Assembly: GCA_965202985.1 (NCBI GenBank)
Contig: CBDBCF010000001.1
Coordinates: forward strand, 1,664,001 to 1,728,000
Source of the DNA: Longimicrobiales bacterium
Lineage (GTDB): Bacteria; Gemmatimonadota; Gemmatimonadetes; Longimicrobiales; Gaopeijiaceae
Reading direction: 5' to 3'
DNA: 64,000 nt
Shown piece after piece: positions 48,156 to 58,224 of the stretch (position 1 is the first letter of the stretch; each line of letters opens with the position of its first letter). The translations under genes were made by a program, and so were the position numbers. Under the pieces are notes generated by a model. It searched no databases. It saw only the letters and a program-made list of their open reading frames with translations, and was not told the origin of the DNA.

Positions 48156-51100
48156 TCACTGCTCCCACATCAGTCGGTGAAAGTCGTCCTCAATAAGCCT
48201 CACTGTCCATGTGTCTGTCGGCAACTTGAGGTTTTCGAGGTTGTTGCTGCCGTTGACGTAGACCAGGTCGTACGCTTCATCGTCTCGGCATGATCTCTTC
48301 AGTCTAAACCACTCAGCAAGGACGAGATTGTCCCGCTCAATCCCATCTGGCGACTCTCCGCCAGGTCGATTGCGCCAGATCACGAGTATGCGCCGACCGT
48401 CGGGTGCGGTGCCCGCCACCGTTCGAAACCACCACGGCCCTTCATCCTGTTCCGTCAGGCCGCCCTTCAAGCGCAGACGGCCCTCCCCATCTCGCTCCGT
48501 TTCGGCCTGGTAGCTTCGAGGTGCCGCTATCCGGTGTGTAACAAGCCCGATCAGCCAGTTGAACGTCTCAAGCAAGTCAACATTGAGCTCCCGGCTCTGG
48601 TCAGTACCCGGCTGTCTGACCTTGAGCCGGTAGGCAGTGGGATCCGCAAATGCCGCCACGTTCAGCAACGACCGGCTTCCCCGGACATCTACGTCTAGCA
48701 TGTACGACAGAAAATGCTCTTTCCGAAAATCAGCCAATCGACGATCTGCCAAAGGTGCAAACGTGGGCTGCTCTTCGTCGCGCTGAGGCTCTACAATGTT
48801 GTTAAGAGCATCTTCGTAGGACTCTAGGCGCAGCACCTTAACAACCTGGGGTGATCTTTCAACTTCTTCGGGCGTTGACTCCCGCTTTGGTCTACCGTCC
48901 TTCCATTCCGGTGAGTACACTACTTTCTTGATTCGCTCCAGAAGAACCGATCCAAAATGGTTTCCCATCTCGACGAGAACGAACTTCCGCTTGCCGCCGT
49001 CGTTTCTGTTCATGCATATAACGGCGTGGCCAGTGGTGCCCGCTCCGGCAAAGAAGTCGAGAACCGTCGAATGCGCATCGCAGGATGCCGCTCGAAGGCA
49101 GTCCTCGACTAGCCCAACCGCCTTCGCGAAATCGAAGCGCTTTTCCCGAAACAAGGCCTTCAACGTCTTGGCACCAAGGTTCGCGGATGCATATCGCGTG
49201 TCATCCCACCAGCTCCTGGGCATCGCTTTGGCATCCATCCGAATCTTGAAGTCTATGTCGATTCCACTTCGTCCGTTATCAACTTTTGCCGTGCTACGGC
49301 GCACTCGATAATCACCGGGTGCTGCTGCAATCCGGCCTGGACCTCGATGCCACCTCTTCTCGACTCTGACGCTATCCTGAAGCTGTATTGGCCAAACAGG
49401 CGTCTCATCTGATCGTGGCTCATTGTGAATCAGGTATTCTTGTTTCGCGGAATCCCATTCCATCACTGGAACACGTATAGAGTCATTGTCGGAGACGTAG
49501 ATTGGGAAGAATAATTTGGGTCTGTCCTCTCGCCTATCCCCAGAACCGTGGCGAACGAGGTTGTTCCATGCATACCTGCCATCCTGGTCGTTGTGTGGAT
49601 ACCGCGCAAGTTCCGAACCTGTCTTCTGCAAAGACCCGGGGACGGCATCCGAATTGCCGAAGAACAGCGCATACTCATGAACCGGCGAAAATTGGCCTTG
49701 TGATTTTCGGCCGGCAGGATTCGACCGAACAGTGGCAATGCCTAGCTCTTTATCAAAGTAGTCTTGCAGGAGCAAGCGCAGAAGCGACACTTCTTCATCG
49801 TCGATCGCCACGCATGCAGAACCGTCGGATGTCAAGAGCTCCTGCGCTAGGGATAGCCGATTGGCCATCAATGAAAGCCACGACGAGTCTTTGTAATCGT
49901 TCTTGTAGAGAATCGCCGACGCATCCGTGTTGTAAGGTGGATCGATATAAACCGTCTTGATCGTTCTGCGATATCGTGCGTGCAACAACCTCAACGCTTG
50001 CAGGTTCTCGCCATGGACCAATATGCCGTCGCACTGGTCGTCCAGTGCTCTACGATCTGACAATGCTTCCAGCAGCCGGTCCGTGAACGCGCTGTCGTAA
50101 TGCCGCGTGTCTAGAAGCAAGCTAGGGTACTCCTCAATGCCGTTCGGTTGCGAGGGGCCGTGATGCTCCAGGAATGAGGGTATAGGTCCGTTTTGCGGCG
50201 CTTCCCCTGGCGCGGAACAGCCTAGCAGCTCCCTCCACTCCCTGCGCTGGCCGTCATTCGCTACTATCTCGGCATGGAACGCTTCTGGAATGCATCCCAA
50301 GCGAATGCAGTACGACGTTTCGACCACGAACTTCTTCTTCAACCACAGGGCCTTCTGGAAGTCTTCTAGTTGCGCCAAGAAGTCGATGATCTTCGTGCCG
50401 ATACGGCGGACGACCTTGATCTTCGACAGATGTTGCTTGACCTGAAGAGCGGCTGCGTGCTCGACGTCGCCCAGACGCATGACCTCGTTGTTGACGTAGA
50501 AGTCCAGCTCGCGACGCAGGAAGCCACCCAGGTCCTTGTGGATGAAGTAGTCGAACGTGTGGCGCGCTGTGTAGCGGTTGAGATGAAGACGGAAGCGGGA
50601 ATAGTCGGCCGGGTTGCCGTCCGCCGCGATGTGTGGTTGGCCAAGCGCTTGGAGCCAGCGAGCAAACGGACGACCCTTGGTCTGTCGCAAGCGATCCTCG
50701 GCCTGGGCGAGCAGATCTGTTTGTGCAGGGGGTCTCTTCTTTTCGTTGCGCTGTTTGTCGGGCCAATCGGCAAGGGTGACCGGACGGTATTCGAAGTTGA
50801 GGACCAGCTCCTTGCCTTGCTCGCCGTCCTGCTCGGCGATGAAGTCGGTGTCTCGAAGCACAAATACGCGTTTGCCGGCCGCGGACGGCTTCAGGTTTCC
50901 GTGTTCGCCTTCCGTGGCACCCACCAGTTGGAAGCGAACGCGCATCGGATCGCTCTCGCCGGGCCGGAGCCGAAACGCGTAGTCGCGCAGGTATTCCGTG
51001 GTCTTGATGTAGTACTGGTCCGCGTTCGCCCAGTGGAGCTTGACTTCCTCGCCCTCGTACGGAATGGCGTACACGCCGGGCTTGTACACGCGCTTGCTGA

Positions 51101-51566
51101 TAAAATCCCCGTCGGAGTAGTAGCGACGGAAGAATCCGTATAGATGGTCGTAGACCTCGACTTCGAGCGCTGCTACGTCGACGGCGTGGTCGAGCCGGGC
51201 CCTGAGCTCCTTGACGGTCGTAGAGTCGTCGGGGTTCACGCCTAGGGCTTCGGCGCTTCTCAAGGCGTCGGCCAATTCTCCTTCCAGTACGGCCCTGTCC
51301 GCCGACTGGTACTGAGACAGCGCGTCGCGCACTTGCGGCAACAGGTCCTGTTCCAGGAACTTCGTGATCTCGCCGCTCTTGGCGTGCATGATGCGATAGA
51401 ACCCGAAGTCCAAGTCGGGTTGGTCGAGCTGGAAGAGCTCTTTCAGGAGGGCAACCAGCTTGTCGAACTGCGGCGTGCGGCCGTCGGTGTCCGGCAGGCG
51501 AACCCTGGCCTCCTTGCGATAGAACTTCCCGACGCTCGCCTGGGAGAAGTCGTACTCGGACTTCAT
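48156..51566 (-). CDS. mod: Type III RM Mod subunit (N6-adenine MTase) with an N-terminal BrnA-antitoxin-like peptide
   Basis: LFQLDQPDLDFGFYRIM, YIDPPYNT, DFFAGAGTTG, LESYED; first ~25 aa are MKSEYDFSQASVGKFYR. Confidence 0.88.
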   Translation of the reverse strand: MKSEYDFSQASVGKFYRKEARVRLPDTDGRTPQFDKLVALLKELFQLDQPDLDFGFYRIMHAKSGEITKFLEQDLLPQVRDALSQYQSADRAVLEGELADALRSAEALGVNPDDSTTVKELRARLDHAVDVAALEVEVYDHLYGFFRRYYSDGDFISKRVYKPGVYAIPYEGEEVKLHWANADQYYIKTTEYLRDYAFRLRPGESDPMRVRFQLVGATEGEHGNLKPSAAGKRVFVLRDTDFIAEQDGEQGKELVLNFEYRPVTLADWPDKQRNEKKRPPAQTDLLAQAEDRLRQTKGRPFARWLQALGQPHIAADGNPADYSRFRLHLNRYTARHTFDYFIHKDLGGFLRRELDFYVNNEVMRLGDVEHAAALQVKQHLSKIKVVRRIGTKIIDFLAQLEDFQKALWLKKKFVVETSYCIRLGCIPEAFHAEIVANDGQRREWRELLGCSAPGEAPQNGPIPSFLEHHGPSQPNGIEEYPSLLLDTRHYDSAFTDRLLEALSDRRALDDQCDGILVHGENLQALRLLHARYRRTIKTVYIDPPYNTDASAILYKNDYKDSSWLSLMANRLSLAQELLTSDGSACVAIDDEEVSLLRLLLQDYFDKELGIATVRSNPAGRKSQGQFSPVHEYALFFGNSDAVPGSLQKTGSELARYPHNDQDGRYAWNNLVRHGSGDRREDRPKLFFPIYVSDNDSIRVPVMEWDSAKQEYLIHNEPRSDETPVWPIQLQDSVRVEKRWHRGPGRIAAAPGDYRVRRSTAKVDNGRSGIDIDFKIRMDAKAMPRSWWDDTRYASANLGAKTLKALFREKRFDFAKAVGLVEDCLRAASCDAHSTVLDFFAGAGTTGHAVICMNRNDGGKRKFVLVEMGNHFGSVLLERIKKVVYSPEWKDGRPKRESTPEEVERSPQVVKVLRLESYEDALNNIVEPQRDEEQPTFAPLADRRLADFRKEHFLSYMLDVDVRGSRSLLNVAAFADPTAYRLKVRQPGTDQSRELNVDLLETFNWLIGLVTHRIAAPRSYQAETERDGEGRLRLKGGLTEQDEGPWWFRTVAGTAPDGRRILVIWRNRPGGESPDGIERDNLVLAEWFRLKRSCRDDEAYDLVYVNGSNNLENLKLPTDTWTVRLIEDDFHRLMWEQ

Positions 51567-51943
51567 GTCGAGGACTTCTCGTACTGCCGACGTTCGGAGG
51601 GCGTGGATCGGCGGGCAGAGATGATTCGCAAGGTGGTCTCGTCAGGGCCGGAGTCGCGTTCGGTGTGGATCACAATCAGCACTTGTCCGTCTCGTGCGCG
51701 GCCCATCGTCACCCACCTTTCCTCGTGTTCGCTGTGGTCCTCGTCGGGAATCGACAAGGCGCCGGGGTCCTGGAACACGCTGGCGGCCAAGTCGAACGCG
51801 ATGCCGTGCTTGCGGCGGTTGGCGACGGCTTTGGCAGGGTCCCAGTCGAAGCGGAGCGACCAGCTCGCGCCGACGCCGGCACGGTCGTCACAATGACCGT
51901 TCGGGGCCGTGGAGTCAAGGTTCACCACAAGCTCCCCAGTCAT
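51563..51943 (-). CDS. brnT: BrnT family toxin (RelE-like RNase); start uncertain
   Basis: FDWDPAKAVANRRKHGIAF..A..VF.D, HS..EERW, RIISARR...ERRQYE. Confidence 0.88.
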   Translation of the reverse strand: MTGELVVNLDSTAPNGHCDDRAGVGASWSLRFDWDPAKAVANRRKHGIAFDLAASVFQDPGALSIPDEDHSEHEERWVTMGRARDGQVLIVIHTERDSGPDETTLRIISARRSTPSERRQYEKSST

Positions 51944-53066
51944 AAGCGCGCCGTCGCATCTCCATTGGGGTCAGGCCGAGGACTTCGGCGGCGCGTTCGA
52001 GCGACACGCGGTTGCTTTCCAGGGCCTGTCGCACGAGCCGGGACAGCCGGTCGTTCACGAAGTCGTGGGGCGAGACGCCGTCCGGTTCGCCGGATCGGAG
52101 CCAGTCCCAGGCGAACTCGCTGCGCTCCACGGCCGCCGGCTGATCTTCCGTGCGCAGCGTTCTGCCGAACCGCTCCTTGTACTGGTGCCGAAACGCCGGC
52201 CACGCGGCGCGAGTCGCTCGGCCCGACGCGACGAGCCGGAACAGAACCGTCTTGTAGCTGACCTTGAACATTCGCTTGACCTTCAAGACGCGAACGATCA
52301 GCGGCTGGCCGCGGGTTGCCGACCACTCGGGTCCGAACGCCGGTTCGGGCATCAAGAACTCGCTGGCGAACGCGTCGGCTTCCCGCTCGGCGTCGTGGGA
52401 AAGGTCGGTCGCGTTCCGGGCGTAGTCGGAGGGATGAAGCAGCAGGTGTCCCAGCTCGTGGGCCGCCGTGAAGATCCAGCGCTCCACCGAGAGGCGTCGC
52501 CACGTGTTCGCGACTACGGCCGGACCACTGCCTCCGGCTCCGACGCCGAGGCCGAAGAACGAGTCTCGCGGCTTGTCCAGCAGCAGCACCTTGACGCCGT
52601 TGTCTTCGAGGAGGCCGCAAACGTCGCGAATCGGCTCGCGGGGGCCAAGGCCGACGGCATGTCGTGCGCGCCTAGCGGCCTGGATCGGCGAACTGGCCCA
52701 CGCCGGGTCCCAGGACGCTCCGAACCGAAACGGCAGGCGCTCGTCGAGACGCGCTTCCATCTCCTCGTAGCCGGCCAGCCACTCCGAGACCTCCGCCAGA
52801 ATCTGGCCGCGGGAGTGGACCTTGGACCGTGGTCGGAACCTCACGTTGTCCAGCGGCGGCGCGACCGCCACCAGATCGGCGACCTGCACGCCGAGCGCTT
52901 CCGCCAGCGCCCGCAGGGTTCCCGCGCGCGGCAGAGTGGTCCCCCTCTCGGCCTTTCCCACCGTGACCCGAGAGAGCCCGGCGTTCTTGGCCAGCTCCTC
53001 CTGCGTGAGGTCCCGGCCCAGTCGCAACCGGGCCAGATTCGCGCCGATCCGGGCTTCGTCCGTCAT
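51915..53066 (-). CDS. XRE-family HTH fused to an ImmA/IrrE metallopeptidase
   Basis: LTQEELAKNAGLSR HTH; FTAAHELGH; E.EADAFASEFLMP. Confidence 0.92.
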   Translation of the reverse strand: MTDEARIGANLARLRLGRDLTQEELAKNAGLSRVTVGKAERGTTLPRAGTLRALAEALGVQVADLVAVAPPLDNVRFRPRSKVHSRGQILAEVSEWLAGYEEMEARLDERLPFRFGASWDPAWASSPIQAARRARHAVGLGPREPIRDVCGLLEDNGVKVLLLDKPRDSFFGLGVGAGGSGPAVVANTWRRLSVERWIFTAAHELGHLLLHPSDYARNATDLSHDAEREADAFASEFLMPEPAFGPEWSATRGQPLIVRVLKVKRMFKVSYKTVLFRLVASGRATRAAWPAFRHQYKERFGRTLRTEDQPAAVERSEFAWDWLRSGEPDGVSPHDFVNDRLSRLVRQALESNRVSLERAAEVLGLTPMEMRRRAYDWGACGEP

Positions 53067-53120
53067 GGGGGCTCTGGGGTCGGGGAGGGGCGACCCGCTC
53101 CGTTCTTGATGTGTTCAATC

Positions 53121-53135
53121 CTACATTCATTGTAG
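53121..53135. promoter_or_regulatory. Candidate operator palindrome CTACA-N5-TGTAG
   Basis: In an AT-rich stretch about 55 bp upstream of the XRE gene, overlapping a TACAAT -10-like box on the - strand. Confidence 0.4.
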
Positions 53136-53338
53136 AAATGATGCGAATACTTCGGAAGGAGAATCTATGAATTCGCCTTTCCCGCTCGGGGAATTCCGCC
53201 CCACCGGGGACGGCGCAGTGCCGGAAAAAGTCAGGCCGATCCAGCTATCCAAACGCCCAATTCTCGGCCACATCATTAAGGCGCAGGCGGACCGCGCCGC
53301 CCGTCGCACCCACCCATCGCCACCACAGGAGACGCCGA

Positions 53339-54502
53339 ATGAAGACAAGAACACTACGAGGAAGCCATTCCAAGGCACCCGTGACGAGGACGGTCGGCCG
53401 GGCGCGTTGCGGCCTCCGCGCTTCCTGCGCCCTCGTTCTAGCCTGGGCCGTCTTCGCCTTCGCGGCCTGCGGCGTGGAAGACGCTCCGCCCGGGTCGGCG
53501 GTCCTCTCCGAACCGTCGTCCGAAGCGACGGCCTCGAGCGCGTTGGGAGACGCCTTCGAGATCGTGGGCTCCTTCGAACTGGAGGAGAGCGACGAGGTCG
53601 TCACCGTTCGGCCGATGGTGACGGCGGGAGAACCCGGGGAGTTGCTGGTCACCGAGCCCATGGAGGGCCAGGTGCGCGTCTACGACGAGGACGGCCGGCT
53701 TCGGGCAAACCTCGGAAGGAAGGGAGACGGCCCCGGCGAGTTCACGGTCCCGATGACGGCGCACAGGGCTCGGGACGGCGACCTGCTGATCGCCGATCCC
53801 GTCCAGGCGCGCCTGACCTTTCTGGCCTCCGGCGCCCCCGATTCGGTCCAGGCCGCAGACGTGACCGGCATCGTCCTGGTCGGTGCGCACCATCTGGGCG
53901 GGGACCGCTACTTGCTGGCCGGCCACAGGATGGGTCCGGGCGGAGCGCCGGGAGAGTTCCTGCACCGGTGGAACCGCAGCACCGGCGAGATCGAGCAGAG
54001 CTTTCTGCCCATGAGGGTTCCGGAGGAGATGCGGGCTCTGGCCCTCAGCATGACCGGCGTGGCGGCGGTGGTGGAGGCCGACACGATCTGGGCGGCGTGG
54101 AGCATTCCGGACACGCTGTACAAGTTCACCACGGACGGCGACCGTCTTGCCGCGATCCCGCTTGCGTTGCCTCGCGTGGGAGCCGCGACTCCCAGGGGCG
54201 GCGAAGCGACCCGGGACCCCGTCTCGATGCAGGAAGAGTTCGACGCCGTCACGCAAATCATGAACATCTTTCTGCTCGGCGGTGGGGAGGTCGTGATTCA
54301 GTCGATGCAGACCCGGGGCAACGACGCGGTGTGGGACCTGCTGGTAGTGGACAGGGAAGGGAACGATCTGTGGAAGCGGACGGACACGCCCCGCCTGTAC
54401 GTCGTCGCGAACGACCTGTTCCACTTCCAGGATCCGTCGTCGGTGCACCCCAACAAGTGGATCGTCGCCAAGTGGGCCGGGGAAGCGGCCGGCGGCGGGT
54501 AA
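53339..54502 (+). CDS. 6-bladed beta-propeller (NHL-like) lipoprotein
   Basis: Lipobox FAAC; LGRKGDGPGEF motif; start uncertain. Confidence 0.75.
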   Translation: MKTRTLRGSHSKAPVTRTVGRARCGLRASCALVLAWAVFAFAACGVEDAPPGSAVLSEPSSEATASSALGDAFEIVGSFELEESDEVVTVRPMVTAGEPGELLVTEPMEGQVRVYDEDGRLRANLGRKGDGPGEFTVPMTAHRARDGDLLIADPVQARLTFLASGAPDSVQAADVTGIVLVGAHHLGGDRYLLAGHRMGPGGAPGEFLHRWNRSTGEIEQSFLPMRVPEEMRALALSMTGVAAVVEADTIWAAWSIPDTLYKFTTDGDRLAAIPLALPRVGAATPRGGEATRDPVSMQEEFDAVTQIMNIFLLGGGEVVIQSMQTRGNDAVWDLLVVDREGNDLWKRTDTPRLYVVANDLFHFQDPSSVHPNKWIVAKWAGEAAGGG

Positions 54503-54598
54503 GGCGTAGAGTATGACCCAAGTCGGCGGCCCGCTCGGGGCGGTCGACAGTCGAGAAGCAACAACACTGAGCAAACCAACCTCAAGGAGAAAACAACG

Positions 54599-54844
54599 AT
54601 GAGAACAACCAAGAGAACGAGCAGCACGAAGGCTGGAACGATCAGGGCGGTCAAGGTCGCGGGGTTCGCACTCGCGCTGCTGGCCGGGGCACCGGCGTCG
54701 GAGCCCTTCGTTACCGGGGGCCAAGGGACGCAACTGGCAGCCCAGGTGAAGGGCATGCAGGGTACCAAAGGCTTGTGGGTCTTCAAGTGGTGCGAGGGTA
54801 GCTGCCCCGGACGCGGGGCCTACTGCTGCGGCACCGCCGTGTAG
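54599..54844 (+). CDS. Small secreted Cys-rich peptide
   Basis: AAGGAG RBS; signal-like N-terminus; C-terminal WCEGSCPGRGAYCCG. Confidence 0.7.
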   Translation: MRTTKRTSSTKAGTIRAVKVAGFALALLAGAPASEPFVTGGQGTQLAAQVKGMQGTKGLWVFKWCEGSCPGRGAYCCGTAV

Positions 54845-55151
54845 CGCCGTTCGCGTTCAGCAGATGGATCGGCCACGGGCCGGGCTGGGCCCGGTTCCGA
54901 TTGGCTGAAGCCGGTTAGTTGAAGGGGGTCGTCGCAGAGGCCCCGACCCGGCGTAGAATGAGCAGACCCCCAAGGTCCTTCCCCGGCCCGAGCCGGCGGA
55001 CTCGTGGCTGGATCGTCACGGGTCCGTCGGCGTTTGGCTGCCGGTGCGCTCCGCTATTTGGTGCCCACAGCGGCGACCCCGCGAGCCGGGACGCCCGCCA
55101 ACCCATCCGGCAGACGGCCCCGCCCGCGGTTCGACGGCTGCTTGGCGCCGG

Positions 55152-55700
55152 CTACCCGAACCTGACCGCAGGTCTCTCGGGCGCCGAGGCCGCGACCTGC
55201 TTGGCCCCCGGATCGTCGTCGCGGTCGTCCTCGTCTTCCTCCACCTCCGGCGACGGCGGGCAGTAGGCGCGCCAAGCCGTCGCGACCGGAGTCGGCCCTT
55301 GGAGGACGAACGAGCCGCCGCTCCGGCACACGTCCTCCTGCAGCGCCCTGGCCATGCACTGCCGGAAGGCGTCGAGTTCGCCCCGGTTGCTGGGGTTCCC
55401 TATGGCGCACACGGCTTGGGAGGACTCGGGTCCGTCCTCGGGAACCGCCGAGCTCGGGTCCAGCTTGCCGACCCGGAAGGACCGGTCGGTGGCGCCGGCG
55501 AAGGTGACCGTGACCGGGCTGCCCAGCGCTTCGGCGGCCGCGAAGATCGACGTCCACGGGTTGTCCGTGGCGGGCTCGGGAGTCTCGGGGGTCCGCTCCG
55601 CGAGCTGCGTGGGCGAGCGGTCGTCCCCGCAGGCGGCGACCAGGATGGTCAGCGCCAGCGCGGCGAAGGCCGCCCGTCCGATGGTGGTGATGCGTCTCAT
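55152..55700 (-). CDS. Hypothetical lipoprotein
   Basis: CAGGAG RBS; MRRITT...LVAAC lipobox; four Cys in the mature region after the lipid Cys. Confidence 0.7.
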   Translation of the reverse strand: MRRITTIGRAAFAALALTILVAACGDDRSPTQLAERTPETPEPATDNPWTSIFAAAEALGSPVTVTFAGATDRSFRVGKLDPSSAVPEDGPESSQAVCAIGNPSNRGELDAFRQCMARALQEDVCRSGGSFVLQGPTPVATAWRAYCPPSPEVEEDEDDRDDDPGAKQVAASAPERPAVRFG

Positions 55701-55857
55701 GAGTTGCTCCTGGCGAGAGTCCGGCCGCTTCGCCCGCCCTCCCTGGCGAGCCCGCGCTCCGGTGTGTGCCAGTGGATACTCCAGAAATCGAGATTTGTTC
55801 CATTTGGCCCGAAGAGGGGTCCGAGCGACCCGCCTTGGAGCCGGCGCGGATGCGCGG

Positions 55858-56905
55858 TCAGCGGCCTCCCCGCAGCGTCCCGGGCAGCCGACGCACCACG
55901 ACGACCGGCACGTCGAACTCGTCGGCTTCCTCCCAGGCGACGAGCCCGCGGGGGCCGAACGCGTCGGGCATGGCAGGAGAGCCGGGGGCGAGGGTACCCA
56001 GGTACTGACCGTCCGCGGTCAGGATGTCGATGGGACCGTCTTCGCCCGGCACATCGCCGTTGCGCTGGATCCAGATCGCGCCCTCCCAGCCGGTCTTCAG
56101 CCCGCCAACGACCGGGAACTCGTGGTAGAACTCGGCATCCTGGGCCTCCTGCCGAAGGAAGCTGATTCCGATGGCGGCCAAGCCGCTCAACCCGGCTCGC
56201 TACGCGTTGCGCTCCATCCGGTCGGCCTGAGCCAGCAAGTCCTCCTTGTAGGCCGTGCGAACGCGGTCGGTCACGGACGCGGGCGGCATGGGCCTCGCGA
56301 GCACGCCGTATGGCGCGTTCGCGTCCCCCGGGGCGGCGATCTTGATTGAGTAGGCCGACGAGTCGGAGAACGCGACGCCGCCATCGGGAAGGACGCCTGC
56401 GAACAGCGCCGGCGCCAGGGCCAGATGGCCGTCGTCGGGTCGCCATGCTTCCGCAACGGCTTCGGAGGCGGCTTCCGGGCCGTCCAGAACAAAGCGCTCG
56501 ACGAAGCCGCGCTTTCCGGAAGACGGGCCTCCCTCTCCCCGCCTGACGCGGTCCACGGCGCCGGTCGAGATCACGTCCCTGTCGGCGGTGGCTTGCAGTC
56601 CGGGAATGCCGACCAACGCCCCGGTGCCTAGCGGCACCATTCGCTCGAAGTCGCCGGTGGGCCCGTAGACGTGGAACGCGCTCCGAACCATTTCGTACAC
56701 GACGACGCGACCGTTCCTCAAAACGGCGAGGTGCGCCCCCGCAGCGGAACGAAGTTCGCCCGGCCGTCGCCTTTCCCCCCGATCGCGCGGACGAAGCCGC
56801 CCTCGGGGTCGGCGACCACGATCTGGAGCGACCTCCCGTCGAACACATACAGCTTTCCCTCGTCGTCGAACGCCAGCCCGTCGATGCCGCCGAAGCTCGT
56901 TCCTC
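55858..56905 (-). pseudogene. Degraded 6-bladed beta-propeller gene
   Basis: FGGIDGLAFD...IGGKGDG / PGEL frameshift near 56763; in-frame TAG at 56200; C-terminal PDAFGP...DEFDVPVVVVRRLP; no intact N-terminus. Confidence 0.7.
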
Positions 56906-57054
56906 TCGGCCTCCGTCGCTTCGCACCCGTCCCGTCGCGCTCGGGCTCGCTCGCGCAGCCGGCGATCAAGCCGGTTTGACGAACCCCCGCAACGGGACTT
57001 ACCGTAGTTGTTACTGTCTGAACGCCGCAATCGCGAACACGGAGGCCGAGACTC

Positions 57055-57687
57055 ATGACCGAGCAGAAGACCAGCCGGAACCTAGCCCGCCCGACCCTGC
57101 TGGCGGGAGCCGCCCTTGCCGCCCTGGTGGCGTGCGACCCGCCCGCCTCCAACGGAAACTCCGAAAACAGCGTGGACGTGGAGGTCACCGTTTCGACCGC
57201 AACGCCGACGGCAGAGGCGACCACGGACGCGACCGGCGCCACGGCCGCGGATGCTCAGCGCAAGGCGGACGCAATCTCCATGACGAAGGTTCGGATCGTC
57301 GGCACCGACGTTGTCGCGGTGGGAGAAGCCGATATCGTGTACGTAGACGGAGTCCGCGTGCAGCCGGAAGCCGAGGCCGTCCCCGCGCAGCCGCTCCTGT
57401 ACGTGGACGGCGTCCGCGTGGACCACGGGGGCGCTAGCAGACAGGAAGTGCTGGACGCCTTGGACCCCGCAAGCATCGACCGCGTGGAGGTGCTCAAGGG
57501 CTCGGCCGCCGTGGAGCTTTATGGCGACGAGGCTTCGAACGGCGTCATCCAGATCTTCCTCAACGAAGAGGAGGACGCGGATGTCGTGCGGAAAGCCCTG
57601 GGCAGCGTCCTGACCGGAATCGGCCAAGGGATCAGCCGAACCGGCGAAGGGATCAAGAAGGCGGGGGAGCGCCTGCGGAAGAAGTAG
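57055..57687 (+). CDS. Lipoprotein with a TonB-dependent receptor plug-like domain and no beta-barrel
   Basis: LVAC lipobox; PLLYVDG...LDPASIDRVEVLKGSAAVELYGDEASNGVIQI. Confidence 0.75.
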   Translation: MTEQKTSRNLARPTLLAGAALAALVACDPPASNGNSENSVDVEVTVSTATPTAEATTDATGATAADAQRKADAISMTKVRIVGTDVVAVGEADIVYVDGVRVQPEAEAVPAQPLLYVDGVRVDHGGASRQEVLDALDPASIDRVEVLKGSAAVELYGDEASNGVIQIFLNEEEDADVVRKALGSVLTGIGQGISRTGEGIKKAGERLRKK

Positions 57688-57715
57688 GCAAGCCCCCAAC
57701 CGTGGCTCCCATGCT

Positions 57716-58224
57716 GTGACGACAACGCACTACACGGACGAGGCCCTTGAACGCCTCAAAAGGCTTCCGAAGAAAGTGACCAATCCGAAAACACAGTGGA
57801 TCGAAAAGCCGGGCGGCGAATTCGCGCATCGACAGCGGACCTTCAAGGCCGAGTCGGTAGAGCCGGGAAAGCAGCCGAAACGGTTCCATGTATATCTTCG
57901 CCAGAGCGTTGCCGACGCAAGTGATTTCTCATGCGGGATCGTTTACCAGTCACGAGACGGCAACAGGCGGTTCTGGCAAGGTACAATGGATCGAGTCACG
58001 CACATGGAATAGACATAAGGTACGAACCGCACATTCATCGCACAACAGCTGCCGCCATCGCAGCCAACAGGAAGCCGGACTCAACGGCCGAGGCGACCGA
58101 CAGGTACAGTACACTGGAGGATGCGTTTGAATGCTTGATCCACGATTATTGCATCACAGGGATTCATGACCGCGACCACGAGGAGATTCGCGACCGCCAG
58201 ATGGACTTGTTCAATGGCGCTTGA
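57716..58224 (+). pseudogene. Frameshifted conserved-hypothetical gene, partner of the DUF1828 gene
   Basis: RQS...DFSCGI frame switches near 57965 to LARYNGSSHAH...HIH...TDRYSTL; overlaps the next start. Confidence 0.6.
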
